A stretch of DNA of 64,000 nucleotides from contig NW_024704742.1 in the NCBI RefSeq assembly GCF_018977255.1, positions 112,098,001 to 112,162,000 on the forward strand, given 5' to 3'. The notes beneath the pieces are model-generated. The model saw nothing but the letters and a program-made list of their open reading frames with translations, searched no databases and was not told the DNA's origin. Below are positions 1 through 13,021 of this stretch, piece after piece (within the stretch, counting starts at the first letter, position 1; every line of letters begins with the position of its first letter). This DNA comes from Callorhinchus milii (taxonomy: Eukaryota). The translations under genes were made by a program, and so were the position numbers.

Positions 1-299
1 AATGGTGCAAGTTACATGAAGACAAGCATAAAGATTTGCATCCTCTGTAATCCTTGGGTGCTGACAGCCCATTGCGGCATACTGTCCAAGTGTGTATGCT
101 GCTAATCCTGTAACTTTGGAAATATTTCTGAGAACACGTTTTGTATTGCAAAGCTAAATTACAAAAATACAAGATGTTGATGCAACACATTGGATCATGA
201 GTAAAATAGATGTGGGACCCACAACCTACAGCATGTTGAGTGCCCGTTCTCAGAACTACTGCTGTAAAATCCACTCCATTTCCTCACAGTCATGGATTT

Positions 300-962
300 T
301 TGGAACAGAGTAAAGAAAAGGATAGGAAACCAAGAATAGGAAGGAAAAAAGCTAAAATGGGAGAAGATGAAAGAAAAATGAATGGCGATGTGGGAAAGGA
401 GAGAAAAATGAATTACAGGAAAACTGGGAAAAGGGAAAGAATTGAAACCAAGGACACAAGGAAAAGGGGAGGGAGAAAAATAATACAGAGAGATCAAGGA
501 AAAATTAACAGAATGGAGAGGAGAGAGAATGACTGAGAGACGGTGAATTAAGGAAAAGAACATGGACACCATAAAAAAGGAAAAAAGAAAGCATAAGGAG
601 ACCAGGAAAAATACAGAACAAAGGGGAAAAAACAGAAAACTAGGAATATAGCAACATAGGAAATAGCAGACCAGGAAAAGGGAGGAAAAGTACATGGGTC
701 ATCAGGAAATGAAAAAATAGAGGAAAAAGCTTAGAAATAACAAATAGGGAAAGTATGCAGCAAAATAAGAGCAAAAGGAATCAGAACACACAGTGAAGTA
801 TACGTCGGAAACAAATGGAAAGGAGAAAAAGATAAGGGGAAACAAGGAAAAAGGGGAAAACAGTGAGCTCAGGATAATGAGAGAAAAATAGAATGGAGAG
901 ACCAGAAAACACAAGGAGACTGGGAAAAGTGGAGGGAAGAATAAATCATAGGGATAGCAGGG
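300..962 (+). repeat. Purine-rich (A/G) low-complexity tract
   Basis: Plus strand is almost all A/G with recurring GAGACCAG(G)AAAA-like words. The tract resumes at ~1349-1478 after a SINE. Confidence 0.85.
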
Positions 963-1348
963 ATAATATTAATAATAATCCTTGCATTTGATATAGCACG
1001 TTATCACATCTTCTAGACATCCTAAAGTGCTTCACAGAATATACTGCAAAGTGAATTGACTGTCTATTTTGTGGGCAAAACGTGGCAACCAATTACACAC
1101 AGCAGTATCCCACAAACAGTCGTGGATTCAAGTGATTAATTTATTATTATTTATTTATTTTTTGGAAGGAATTATTATCCCCAGAAAAGTGATCCGCCAA
1201 TCGACTAACAACTGGGTTCCTACTTACTGCTAGGTAAACAGAGGCATCTGAAGTAAGGAAACTTGTCTAACATTTTGCCCTGCTTGGAATCAAGCCCAGG
1301 TCTCTTGCTTGCGAGGCAAGTGCTCTAACCATTGAGATACAGGACTCC
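963..1348 (-). mobile_element. tRNA-derived SINE, long subfamily, near full length
   Basis: Reverse complement runs from the GGAGTCCTGTA head to the CAAATGCAAGGATTATTA tail and contains the internal GCCTCTGTTTACCTAGCAGTAAGTAGGAACCCAG block. Confidence 0.92.
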
Positions 1349-1689
1349 TTACAGAAATAAGGGGAATGAGAGCAAAAAACATAGGAGAATCAGGAAATAA
1401 GCAATAATCAAGATCAGAAAAAGAGAGAGGAAAGACATATTCAGGGAGCCCAAGAAAAAGTGAGAGGAAAAAGAACATCAGACCTATTTATCCATTTTTT
1501 ACTGGTCCTAAAAAATGACAAAGAATTAACAAATTTGCATTTTTTTGCTTTCCATGATGCAAAAATAATTAAGCCTGGTTAGAAATACTTATTTTATTTA
1601 TCAACTGAATTGAATCACAATAAATCAATTTTACTCAAATAATGTAGTGCCATGTGATGTGCCTCCAGTCTGTGCTAGTGCCACCTTTG

Positions 1690-3082
1690 TTCCATCTGCT
1701 GCTCCAGCCTATGCTTTGGGCCCCAACTCATCCCCTCCAAGCAGCAGCAATCCACTTATTATGAATGAGGAGCTGTTCCAGGTGCTGACAGGTTGATCCT
1801 GGTAGCGCCAATTGTCTCTGAGGTTAGTGCAAACTGGCACAGGAATGACTGCAGCTATGTCACATACAGACACCAGAGTGTGGGTCACGTCACCAGGGCT
1901 CAGTGCTGCTGCAGACCTTGTGTACACCTGAGAGTGCACTGACTCCCTATTTGCTGCTCTACTACTCTCCCTGGCTAGCTCCACTACTCCTGAGTGTTTC
2001 GTGATGTGATGTAGAACAGACCAGTGGACATCTGCAAAGCTTCAGAAATTCCTTTCGAAATCCCAGTGAGGGCAACTTATCCTGAAAATCTATTCCAGCC
2101 CCCAAAGATTCTTGGACATGTAATTCCAGCACTTCCATTGAATCTCCTGGAGCATTCCAGAGAGGATATCCAGCATGCTCAATGGATGTGGTGGAATAAA
2201 GCCCGAAGCTGGGCTTTCCTGATATGTGTGGTCTCATAAATCATTCTTATGCCTTCAGATCCATCAATGTGGATGCCAGCTATATCACAGAATCCTGACA
2301 CTGCAGGTGTTTCCTTTTGAAAGCCAGTATTGCAAGTCCTGCTTCTTCAGAATCCTCCCCTTCACTCCTCTATTTACCTTCGCAATAAAGCTTGACTTCT
2401 GACATCTCCCACGTAAGGTTACACTGTGAGCTCACTCCTTCCTCTTCTAAAACATCATTGCCAGATACCTGACCCTGTGCTGAGGAATGTAATGATGTTG
2501 AGAAGTATTGGGATGGAGCGACCATTTCCAAGACTGCCATCTAGCCAAGTTGTACTTGCTCTGCAGGGATACAATACAGGTCTTGATTGATATATTGTGC
2601 ATTTTAAGTTAGGAGGACGTCCCAAGGTGTTTGACACTTAATATAGAGAAAAGCAGAGAAATAAGATTGAAACATCTGCCATTATCTAATAAAGCAGTCA
2701 AATGGGCTAGATGGGCTGAATGGCCTCATTTATTGCATTTACTGAAATATAATAGTTTTATAATATACAGTCTATTCACATTAAAGAACACCTGATATTG
2801 CATAATTTTCTGTCCTCCTTAACAGCTTTGATTGTTTAACATGCAGCTTGGTCACATAACTTTGAACTTTGAACCTCATTCCATGTTCCATTGTAGCTTT
2901 CTTTATCTTCATACTCTGTCTCTCCAATATCCTCCCATTCTCTTCTGCTCGATCACGAGCATGGTGATGACAGGTAGTGGTGGTAGACTGCCCTTATTAT
3001 CCTTTGCTGCTGTAGATGATGGTTGACAACCTGTCCATTACCCTTTGCTACCCTGGATGCTAGATGAATACCTGCTGTACCT
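1690..3082 (-). pseudogene. Possible decayed coding-like remnant (perhaps DNA-transposon accessory gene)
   Basis: Minus-strand acceptor TTTTTTCTGTACTTTTATCTCAG near 3081 and stop-broken protein-like pieces (EGEDSEEAGLAILAFKRKHLQCQDSVI). No diagnostic motif. Confidence 0.2.
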
Positions 3083-3369
3083 GAGATAAAAGTACAGAAA
3101 AAAATCATAAGTCCATTATCACAATTCTTGCAATTATTTACGAGTCAAATAGCAGAACTAAACAGGACTGCTGAAGGAGCACACACACAAGGTGGAGTTA
3201 TAAAAAAGCATTTTAGAAATATAAAAAATTATTGATTTAAAACCTTGGAGGTTAGAAAGAGCTCAATTGAGCATTCTGCGCAAATAATAAAATCACTGAT
3301 TTGAAGTGCGGAATTCAAAATACTTTGTACCCAGTGAACAGTATATTTTAATCATAATACGTTTTCGGG

Positions 3370-3720
3370 GGAAAATAAGTGGTGTCTCCTTGGAATTATG
3401 AAGGCAAACTATGTTGGAATCGAGGCTCACAGTAATCACTGTGCTTGCAGACCAACCAGCTTGGCTTATCAGAAGGACTGAGGGACAGGGCAATCCCTAG
3501 CTCTGGGGCAGGAATTCTTTTCACTCCTCTTAACTCTGCAAGCCAAAGCTGTTATAGAGAGGATGATCCCAGCTGGACAAGCAGTGGGAAGCTTGTCAGA
3601 CAGTGATCTGGTTTGCATGCTCTTGAGCACGGTGATAGGTTTCACGATTTGTCAGCCACTGGGCTGACCAAAAAATCTCATGTTACTTCATAAGTAGGAG
3701 AGAACATGGATGCCTGCCAT
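3370..3720 (+). mobile_element. Unclassified old dispersed repeat (family C), copy 1
   Basis: Shares CTGCAAGCCAAAG and AGCTGGACAAGCAGTGGGA, in the same order, with 27540-28080. Confidence 0.7.
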
Positions 3721-3758
3721 AACTTAGCTTAACTTTGTTTCGACAATTGCTTACCTAT

Positions 3759-4390
3759 TGTCAGATTTCTTCAGCTTAGGTTGAATGGGTTCGCCTGGAG
3801 GTTTCCTCCTGCTTATATTGTTTAGAGAGCCAATAAAAACTCCCAACAGTCAGGATGCGGAGTCTGTGTTTAGTATAATGTTCTTCTGCACTGTGGCTTG
3901 CACAAAGACTTGTAGTCACAGGTCTTTTATATATATCAGTTGTGATTCTGCAAGAGTAGGTGAACAAATTGAACTTAAATCACCTATCATTACAGTGCAA
4001 TGCCTGTTCCTCCTCAATGCACTACAAGGCCTCACTGCCTCATGGGGGGGGCTTGAAACACTGTATTACTGCATTCACCAGGGGTTGCTGTTCTCTGTTG
4101 TAAATAAAGTCTCTAGTGTGTTCTCTGTTATAAATAAAGTCTCCAGTCTCTGCCTTCTATCTATTGTTAGCCAATTATGTGTTGGGAGTAGCTATAATTG
4201 TGGCTTTCTATGCACATTTGAGAACAACTTGATAATTCAGATACAGATTCAGTTGTGTGTGTAAAAGTAATAAATCGGCAATTTCGTTGCTGAGACCCAG
4301 ACCACTCAGTTGCGCAACCTTTATCTGCTGTTCACTCAAACAGAGTTTGCAGAGGGAACCTAGTGGTGGATAGTAAACCCTTTTTGTTGG
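3759..4390 (+). mobile_element. Possible solo-LTR-like element
   Basis: CCAAT, TATATA and several AATAAA in LTR-like order. Termini and TSD not established. Confidence 0.3.
4089..4148 (+). repeat. 30-bp tandem duplication
   Basis: TGTTCTCTGTTGTAAATAAAGTCTCTAGTG followed by TGTTCTCTGTTATAAATAAAGTCTCCAGTC. Confidence 0.9.
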
Positions 4391-5104
4391 GAGAATATTG
4401 TTTTGTTAGTCCTGGCAGAGAATCGACTGGAGACTAGGAAAAAGGAGAACAAAACATGGAATCAAAGAAAATGTAAAGAGAGTGCAAGAGAAAAATCAAA
4501 GCGACATCATGAAAACGGGAAAAGAGAAGAGGCACTGAAGATCAGGAATAAAAGAAAGAAGAAAAGATCATGGGTATTAAGGAAAGGGAGGGATTTCATT
4601 GTCTTAGAAGATGTTGGGGTAAAAATTTGATATTTCCAACAAGGAATCCCAGATAGTACTCTGAGTCACTAATAGTTATGCCTATAGGTAATGGAATAAG
4701 CGTCATACCAAATGTGATCTGTCAGGAGATTGGGGTTTTTGCAGATTGTTGTGACGTTCATCCAATAATTGTCCGGAGTCACTATTTGTGTCTCCTTGTT
4801 GCAAATACTGTATACTGTAGTTTGAAAGGCAAAAGAGAAACATTGTGTAATTAACTACATATAGTTTGGGACATGACATGTGTATGCGAGTCCCAGGATG
4901 GTGGAAGGCAAATTGGATGGACCTTGGTCTTCTTTCATCTTACAATTCTTATGTTTTTATGTTCTTATGTGGTGGACCCTCACAGACTTAGTTTACAAAT
5001 CAACAGTTTATTAGTACAGGGGATGATATTAGTGGTCTTCCAGCATCCCCAGCAGAAATGACAATGCTAACAAGCCTGGAAGTGTACAGAGTTCTTGGTT
5101 CACC

Positions 5105-5575
5105 ATTTGTCTGCCTATAACGTCCCCCACGTCGAGAGGGTGTCCCAAGGCGCTGGACAGTGTACAGCATTTCAGACCCAAGCTAGCGGCGGGGGGAGAA
5201 GGGAGGGGTGGGGAAGGGATTGGCCGATCACATGGTCGAAGAGGAGGGTCTTGAGGCGGGACTTGAAGGAGGCTAAGGAGGGTGCGAGGCGGAATGATTG
5301 GGGGTTGGAATTCCAGAAGTGGGGGCAGAATGGCTGAAGGCTTTCCCGCCAATGGTGGGGCGAGTGGGTCGGGGAACATGGAGCAGGCCGGAGCCGGCTG
5401 AGCGGAGGGAGCGTGTGCGTTGGTAGGGGATTAGGAGGTCGCAAAGGTAGGGTGGGGTGAGACCATGGAGGCCTTTGTAGGTGAGGACCAGGATCTTGAA
5501 CTGGATCCTCTGAAGGATAGGGAGCCAATGAAGTCGGGCAAGAATGGGGGAGATGGGACCATCTGGAATGAAGGG
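5105..5575 (-). mobile_element. L2 LINE 3' fragment
   Basis: Translation LARLHWLPILQRIQFKILVLTYKGLHGLTPPYLCDLL...RSLRS...GGKAFS is the typical L2 ORF2 C-terminus. Confidence 0.92.
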
Positions 5576-6610
5576 AGTAAGAGAGCACAACACTGTACTG
5601 GAGAGAATAAGAAGGCAGCTGAAAGTAGATTGGAGACTGCAACTAAGAAATGCTTTGTGTTTACAATAAAGGACTTGATAAAGACCACAAAAATCCTTTA
5701 AGGGGTAAATCGGGATTGATATTGGAGAAGATTTTGTGCCTCATGGATTTTGTACCTCAGTTTTGACAAATGGAGATTCTTTCTAATTTCCACACTATTT
5801 GTACTGAAATATTTGTTCAGGAATGTTTTAACACAAGTTTCAAAACTGTAAGATCAGTGCCTGTTTTTAATTATTTTAACATAAAATTATACAAATAGCA
5901 TTCGTTCAGACAGTAAGGGGTTAAAATCACTGCCACTGGGAAATCCTGACTGGCTTTTTACTTAAGCATTATATTTTACATAACTGAGGTGTAAAAGACT
6001 TTCCTATCATTCATGGTTATCATGTTTGAGAGTGTCAGGGGGAAAATTTCCCCCCTTTATGCCTGCCTTCCAAAGCATGGGATTGATTGTATTTTAATAA
6101 GCTTCAGATACTCTCAGCTCATCTAATCGGGTTTTTGTACTGCACACCATCACCAGATGTAGGAGACCATTGTTCTAACGTAATCACGTTCTTTAAAGGG
6201 GTATCTGACCTGCCATCTTCAAAGAGAAGTTCCTGAGATCAAAGAGTTGTGCAGCTCAAAAAGGGGTAATTGGAAAATGATCTTTAGTTCTTCCTTATGT
6301 GAAGGAAACTGGTGAGACATTTCAGTTATCAAGTGGCTCTGCGAGTCTGGACTGAGCAAAGCTACTGTGCCTCATTGAATTTGCATCCAGAATTGCATTC
6401 CTGTATCTAAAGATCTGAGGTTCTTACTTATTAATTCTGCAAAGGACTGCAAGAGTATCAATGTCTGAATTAACTCTTTTCTTCAAATACTTGTAAATAG
6501 TGGAATCTATCTCACTCTGATTGCTAAAAAAGATATCCTCGGGTTTTCTTTATAACGGAATTTTTAGCGATCAGCGTAAAATAGACCCCCATTGCCTTTT
6601 GCACTTAGTT

Positions 6611-7158
6611 AATATTACAATACAATTTACATTTATATAGTGCCTTTCACATTGAGAGGATGTCTCAAAGTGCTTTATACATCTGGCTGGGTACCCAAGC
6701 TGTAGGGGGAGAGATGAGCTGAAGAGAATAGGGGAAGGGTGAAAAATGATGAAAACCAAGTAAAGTAAGTCTTAAGGTGATCTTTAAAAGTGGGCAAATT
6801 AGAGACACTCTGGGTTGGAATCCCTGAGAAAGGGGTAGAATCCCTAAAAGCTTGCTCACCTGATGGCGGGGAAAATCATTATATTAGGCCAATGTTTGAT
6901 GTGTGGGAGGAGCAGCTGAATTGATACGGTTGCAACAGATCACTGAGATAAGGTGGTTGTGGCCATGGAGGGATTTGAATGTGAGGATAAGGATCTTGAA
7001 TTTGATCCACTGGGAGATTGGGAGTCAGTAGAACCGAGCAAGATTAGAGTTGATTGTCTCATGTGGGAGAGAACATGACTTCTGGATGGTCTGCAGCAAG
7101 TATTGGGATGAGCTGGGAAGTCTAGCAAGCAGAGCTGGCTATGATAAAGGCATGAATA
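6611..7158 (-). mobile_element. L2 LINE 3' fragment (decayed)
   Basis: GGATCTTGAATTTGATCC (IKFKIL) block and an L2-type 3' tail. Confidence 0.8.
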
Positions 7159-7189
7159 TTAGCTTGCTTCTTGTTTTACGATATAAATT

Positions 7190-8300
7190 ACAAAGAATGT
7201 ACAGCACATAAAAAGGCCCAACCAGTCTGCTGGTCCTCGGCCCATCCAGTCTGTGCTGGTGTTTATACTTCACAAAAGTCTACACCCATTCGTTACTCCC
7301 TACCATACCCTTCGATTTCCCTCTTCCTCATTGTGAAGGTCTAGCTTCAAGTCTATGTGATTCAACCACGCTTCAGGAAGAGAGTTCCACAATCTCACTA
7401 CCTCTGCATGAAGTAAAATTTTCTTTTAGATCCCCTAGTCACTGTCTTATTCTTGTACCCCGGTTACAAATTCCCCAAAACAGCATATTTATGATAACCT
7501 TATCAAAAGCTTTCATAAAAAAGCTTTTGGAGTGCTGTAGCTCAGTGGTTAGAGCACTCGCTTTGCAAGTGAGAGACCTGAGTTCAATTCCAGGCAGGGC
7601 GAAACCTTGGGCAAGTTTCCTAACTCCACACGCCTAATAATATTCCCTCCAAAACCAAAAACAATAATAAATTGGTCATTTTCAATCTACGACTGTTTGT
7701 GGGACATTGCTGTGCGCAATTGGCTGCCGCGTTCTCCCACAAATATACAGTCAATTCGCTTTAGAGTGTGTTCTGTGAAGCGCTTTGGGACGTCCTCCCG
7801 ACGTGAAAAGTGCTATATAAAATGCAAGGATTATTATTATTATTATTATAATTTTAAATATCTCTATTACGTCCCCTCTTAAAGCCTCTCATCTCTAACA
7901 AAAAAGGCCCAACCTATCCAGTCTATCCTGATAGCAGTAACCTGCCAGTCCTGATATCAATTTTGTAAACCTACACTGTACTCTTTCCATTGCTGCTACA
8001 TCCTTCTTATAGTGTGGAGACCTGAATTGGATACACTATTCCAAATGTGGTCTAACCAAGGTTTGTATAAATTCAACATCACATCACTTCCTTACTTTTA
8101 TATCCCATGCCTCTGGATATAAATCCCAAGACTCCATTGGCCTTTTCATATTGCTGTATCCACCTGCGTGACTACTTTTAGAGATTTGTGGATCTGAATC
8201 CCCAGAGCTCTTTGCTCCTCGAGATGGCTTCTTTATTTTTCCTGCTGAAGTGTATTATGTTGCATTTTCCTACTAAACTTCATTTGCCATCTGTCTGCCC
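7190..8300 (-). mobile_element. CR1 LINE 3' fragment interrupted by a SINE
   Basis: CCTGAATTGGATACACTATTCCAAATGTGGTCTAACCAAGG is the reverse complement of the LVRPHLEYC-like CR1 motif. CR1-type 3' UTR near 7200. Confidence 0.85.
7529..7849 (+). mobile_element. tRNA(Ala)-derived SINE, short young subfamily, full length
   Basis: A box TAGCTCAGTGG, B box GAGTTCAATTCC, (TTA)n tail. Nearly identical to 20777, 58091 and 58936 copies. Confidence 0.95.
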
Positions 8301-8439
8301 ATTATGCTAGTTTTAGCATTCGTCTGAAATAAAATAATTTGTTTTATCATGATCATGATCATATTTGCCATCTTTAAAAATAGAATTTTGAAGAAGCAGG
8401 ACCCGGCACTTAATTTGGTACAATCCTTGAATATGAAAG

Positions 8440-8812
8440 TGTTAACTTCAAGATCCTCACACTCGTGTTCAAATCCCTTCACTCTCTGGCACCTCCCCTA
8501 CCTCTCCAACCTCCTCACTCCCCAATCCATCACCTGGTGCCTCCGCTCGACTAGCACCAGTCTGCCACTGGTCCCTCGCACCTTCCGCCCCACCATCGGA
8601 GATTGCGCCTTCATCCACTAAGCCCCGAAACTCTGGAACACTCTCCCTCAATCCATCTGCCTTTTTCAAGTCCCACCTGAAAACCTTCTTCTTCAATCGT
8701 GCTTACGGTCACCTCCCCCGACCACCCCGGCTCGGAGTCAGGCTCTGCCACTGTTAAGCATTCTGAGACTCTACCCTGCATGGAGGACATTATATAAGTG
8801 CAAGTTGTTGTT
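8440..8812 (+). mobile_element. L2 LINE 3' fragment
   Basis: PYLSNLL...LRST...RPTIGDCAF translation and GCAAGTTGTTGTT tail. Confidence 0.88.
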
Positions 8813-9094
8813 AATTGTTAGGTTCTGGGCTGCCTAATGCATGATTGAAAACTGCAGCTTCCATAACACACTGGATATGTTTCACTTACAAGAACTGCAC
8901 ATAGTTGATTTCCAAATAAGTATCATTGAACACGAGTTTAAAACTGCAATAAGTAAATATCAATAGATCAGACACAGGGTGACTCCAGAGAAGTTACGGC
9001 TACAATTGTAATACAATGGAATACAAAGCAAGTAAATGTTAGCCTAGCAAAGCTTTCTGGTAGCAACCAGCTCAGTATTTGAGGAAGAGCATTA

Positions 9095-9850
9095 TAACCA
9101 TCTTCGTGCCCACAGCTTGGACACACATCCCTTTCCATTGAGTGATGGTTCTACCAGTTGAAAGTGTGGAGCTTGAGCAGCAGCTGTTTACCTCTCCACA
9201 AACAAATCAAGGTGGATTCCAAGCCTTGGATATACAAACATATGTTTATGAACTCGGTCTTCAGGTAACATCTTCCAGCAAACGTCATCACAAGCCTTAG
9301 CGTTTCTTCATAAGACTTTCTGATGGACATTTGCCTTCAACGTGGTGGCAGGACATTTAAAGGACAGTTTATGACATGCTAGCCACCTGATGTTCTCAGG
9401 GTCCAAGTCAAATGCCACGTTCCAGGTTTACTCAACACTGGCTACTTAATCTAGGGCTTTGGCAAATAGAGGTGCCTACTGTGAAGCTACCTCTGCCACC
9501 AGTGTGCTTATTGGCAAGTCAGTGTAGGAAGTGCTCTTCCTCCCTCCAGCCACTTCCCTTGTTTGCCACAAATCCATCTCACTGCTTGATCCTGGACTTC
9601 GATAAATGGGTCAAAGGAAGCCTCTCCCGGTCATCCCCTGGAGCTCAGAACAATAAAAGAGGACTGTTTGCACACAGGTCTTATGTGCCACAAGCTTAAC
9701 CTGCATTGAGACCTTGGTCTCCTTGAAGAGAGACGAGTACAACTGGATTGCCCTTCACCCCGTCTCTGCTCAGTCATTCAGATCAGTGTCCAAACAAAAG
9801 TTGGTGCTCACCACAATCCCCAAGTACTTTATGGGAAGAGGTTGCAGTTA
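9095..9850 (-). mobile_element. Decayed RTE/RTEX-like non-LTR retrotransposon ORF2 3' part
   Basis: Minus frame reads PIKYLGIVVSTNFCLDTDLND*AETG*RAIQLYSSLFKETKVSMQVKLVAHKTCVQTVLFYCSELQG (KYLG and LLYGSE-like motifs), then a CPSCG knuckle-like motif near 9110. Confidence 0.65.
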
Positions 9851-10184
9851 TTTGTTGTTTTCCAGAAGGTTCCGAAAGAGGCGATTTCTCAATTTAGACT
9901 ATGATCAAACCACAAGGGAATTTGAAATAGGCTTAAACCTTGTTAATCACACACATACAGCATGTGCGCATGAGAAAAAAGATTGTAATGCTTTGGAACT
10001 AATTCCATTTCTAAGTTAGTCTCATAGTTTTGAAAGCACCATCCTATTAAGCTTCTTTGCAGCGCAACCATACAAATGGACAAGTTGAAACGGTTTAGGA
10101 GTACTGTACGTCATGAGCATTTGAGGAACAGAACCCTGGGTGACTGTCTCTCCTCCTGTTTAACTCTTCTGATTCTGATCTACT

Positions 10185-10480
10185 GTTTGTTCCTCACTCT
10201 CATTGTTCCTCACTCTCGTCGTCCTACCATCAGTGATCAAGCCATCAGCAACTGTGTCATCACTTTGTGGAACGCTTTCCCCAAATCCTTTGCCTTGCTC
10301 TTTCTCTCTATGCCTTCAAAGCATCCTTAAAAATCTATCCCTTTGCCTGTATGTTTGATCAACACCCTTAAATTTTGCTACCTCTCCTTGTTGCTCAGTG
10401 CTCCCTTTCGTCTGTATGAAGTGCTTTGAGATATTCATCCGATGTGAAAGGTTCTGTAAAAGTGAAAGTTGGTGTTGTTT
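10185..10480 (+). mobile_element. L2 LINE 3' fragment (decayed)
   Basis: RPTISDQAIS...LWNAFP translation and TGTTGTT tail. Confidence 0.8.
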
Positions 10481-11461
10481 GCATAGCTGGGGGTTGTGCA
10501 AAAAATGACAGGCTTCTCAGCCTTTCAACTGCTCTGCAGATGTCTATTGTTGATGATTAGAGATATGGTCAGAGAGAATGTGACAAAAGCGTAGCTGACT
10601 GAGTCTTCCTGCAGATGAAGGGAAATGACGCAGAAGAATTTGCAGATATTTTGCAACAATGCTAAAAGTACTGTTGCAAGAGATCACAAGAGAGTTAGGA
10701 TGTAGCAGACACTTGGGCTCATTTGATTTCATATTTACATACTTAAAATACCAACCTCATAGGTCAAAGATGTTAGTTGTGCCAGTTAGATGTCACAAGT
10801 TACTGACCCACTGGGAACATGTGGATGCCATGGCATGCAAATTAAATGAGGGATTTACATGGTTGAAATTCTGTCTTGGAAGAAGTAGATCTATCACATC
10901 AATAATGACCATTAAAGTCATTTTAACCTATTGTACTGATAAATATCTAGTGAAAAAGATTTTTCTCCCAAATTTGACTTAAAACACACATATTTCCAAT
11001 GTCCGAAATGATGCAAGCATCAGTTTCTGAGAGTGCATGATCAGAATCTAGTTGTGTGCATCTGCAGTTACTAATGAAGCATCTATGATGACTTTGTGTG
11101 CTTATGAGCAATTGGAATTTTTGCTGGAGCATGAAATCAGGCTTCTAATACAAACTTCTGTATATTGTAGTGTTGGAGATGGTGTGAAAAACGTCAAAGA
11201 AAGCAACAGAAAATTAAACACTCCGATTGAAACAGAGAAGAGATTCAGAGTCAGAGAGTGAGACAGTTACACTGAGAATGAGAGACACTGAGAACGCGAA
11301 AGCTTGTGATAGTGAAAGAGAGAGGTGCTTTGAATGAATTAATGTTAGTTTATGATTTTTTTTGCGCCAGTTCAGTAGCATTTAAGGATTCTCGAAACTT
11401 ACAACTCCACTGCCAAGTGAGGGCTCTCTGATTGCCTAGTTAGTGAGATTAACCAGCTCCT

Positions 11462-11474
11462 GTCACCTAGCAAC
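11462..11474 (+). promoter_or_regulatory. RFX X-box-like motif
   Basis: GTCACCTAGCAAC matches the X-box consensus and lies in non-repeat sequence. Function untested. Confidence 0.35.
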
Positions 11475-13021
11475 CACGCAATAGGGAGGAGTAACCCAAG
11501 GCTGGAGCAGTCATTCAACTCGACCAGTAACTAGTGAATGAATGGATTCTGAGCTTGCTCTGTTGCCTTCAGAAGCCATGCTCACTGCCCACGTCTCCTT
11601 TACTCTGTGTATTACATCACCAGAACATACCAGCTTGTCAATCTCCTGCACAGGAGCCCTGAACAGTACTAGATGGTTTGAAAAACATACACACAGGTCA
11701 TGGGGTCAATTGATCTTTATTAAACCTTTGACCCTAATAATGATCTTTAAAGTCACAGTTTTGACAAATGTAACTAGTGAAAAACATACAAAGACAATTC
11801 TAAACAGATTGATAGATCTTGCATGTAAACATGTAAAAGGGAAGAGAAAATGATGCCATTAATATCATTGTGCAAGGATTATTATTATTTTTATTATCAT
11901 TATTATTACCTACATCACTTACAAATGATAGCCCAATGCGTCCATGTTAAACAACTAGACAGAGATATAAAGATGCCTCTGAAGAGACCACAAATATATA
12001 AAGAATGAAAATAACAGTAGCCTTTGACAACACTCTTACCAGCCACCACGAATAATATGCATATCAATAGTCTGTGAATCTGCAGCAGTCCCATGAAGGT
12101 GTTTTACCATCTTCACTCTGGAATAACTGAGGGATGAACCTTTCGGTGCTGAACCTTTCCAACAAAGTAAAAAAGTAATGTCCAAGTTTCTGTGAAGTGT
12201 GAAGTCTGTGAACTGTGAACGAGCTTGTAACTCAAAGCTGGAGATGGTAGCCATGAGCCATGAATCAATTCAGCTAGATTATCCTCTTGGCCAGCTTCAT
12301 CTTGTAGCTTGCTTTTTAAGAAGGTGGAGAAAGATTGTTTTGTGGACCACTGCAAAAAAAAAGAGTCATGTACACTATCGAGTCCTCCATGCTGTCTGGC
12401 TGAAGCAGTTGCTTCACTTGCAGCTGGTTGATCCCTTCCTACTTCAATGGAAGGATGTATATTTAGAATGTCACTATGAAAAGTAAACCTTCAAAATGGC
12501 CGCTTCCAGAAATTGACAGCATGAACTTAAACTCAGCACATTCTCTTATTACCCCTTCCACACGCTTGCAGAATGTCTAGCAAAATTGAGAATTGGTATC
12601 CTGTATACATATCATACATATTAAAATCTGTTCAGTGAAACACGGTTAGCAATAGTGGTTTTGTTCTGAGGTATTACTCTTATATTGCAAATGTTTCTGA
12701 AGGCTGGGTCTGAGCGGGAGTTACGAGTCTACTCTGTGCTAAGTTGAGAGAGTTATTTGATGAGAGGAGCTGCTTCTAGCTGCACAGACTGAAATAAACA
12801 GATATTTGCCTGAAAGCAGCAATAGCTGTAAGTAAAGTTTCACTTAAGGGAACAAGTTCCCCATTCTGACTTGCGCCCATTCTGCCATGATGGTTCCAAG
12901 GACAGAAACCTGGAGCTTGATAATGACAAGCTCAACTAGGGGTACTTTAGCACTCATATTAAAAGCCTCAGAAAAGATAGAATTTGAATAGGAAAATAAC
13001 ACTGCCCTGTATACCACCTAT

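Noticed and set aside
195..914. 166-aa F/S/L-rich and 98-aa K/R/E-rich ORFs
   Set aside because: By-products of the purine-rich low-complexity tract.
5914..6057. Other GGGG-AATTTT-ended MITE-like remnants (also ~37160, ~40940, ~47218)
   Set aside because: Termini too degenerate to define TIRs or TSDs by eye.
7529..7605. tRNA-Ala gene (also 21035-21108, 28140, 58094, 58939)
   Set aside because: No complete acceptor stem, and each is fused to the same SINE body and tail.
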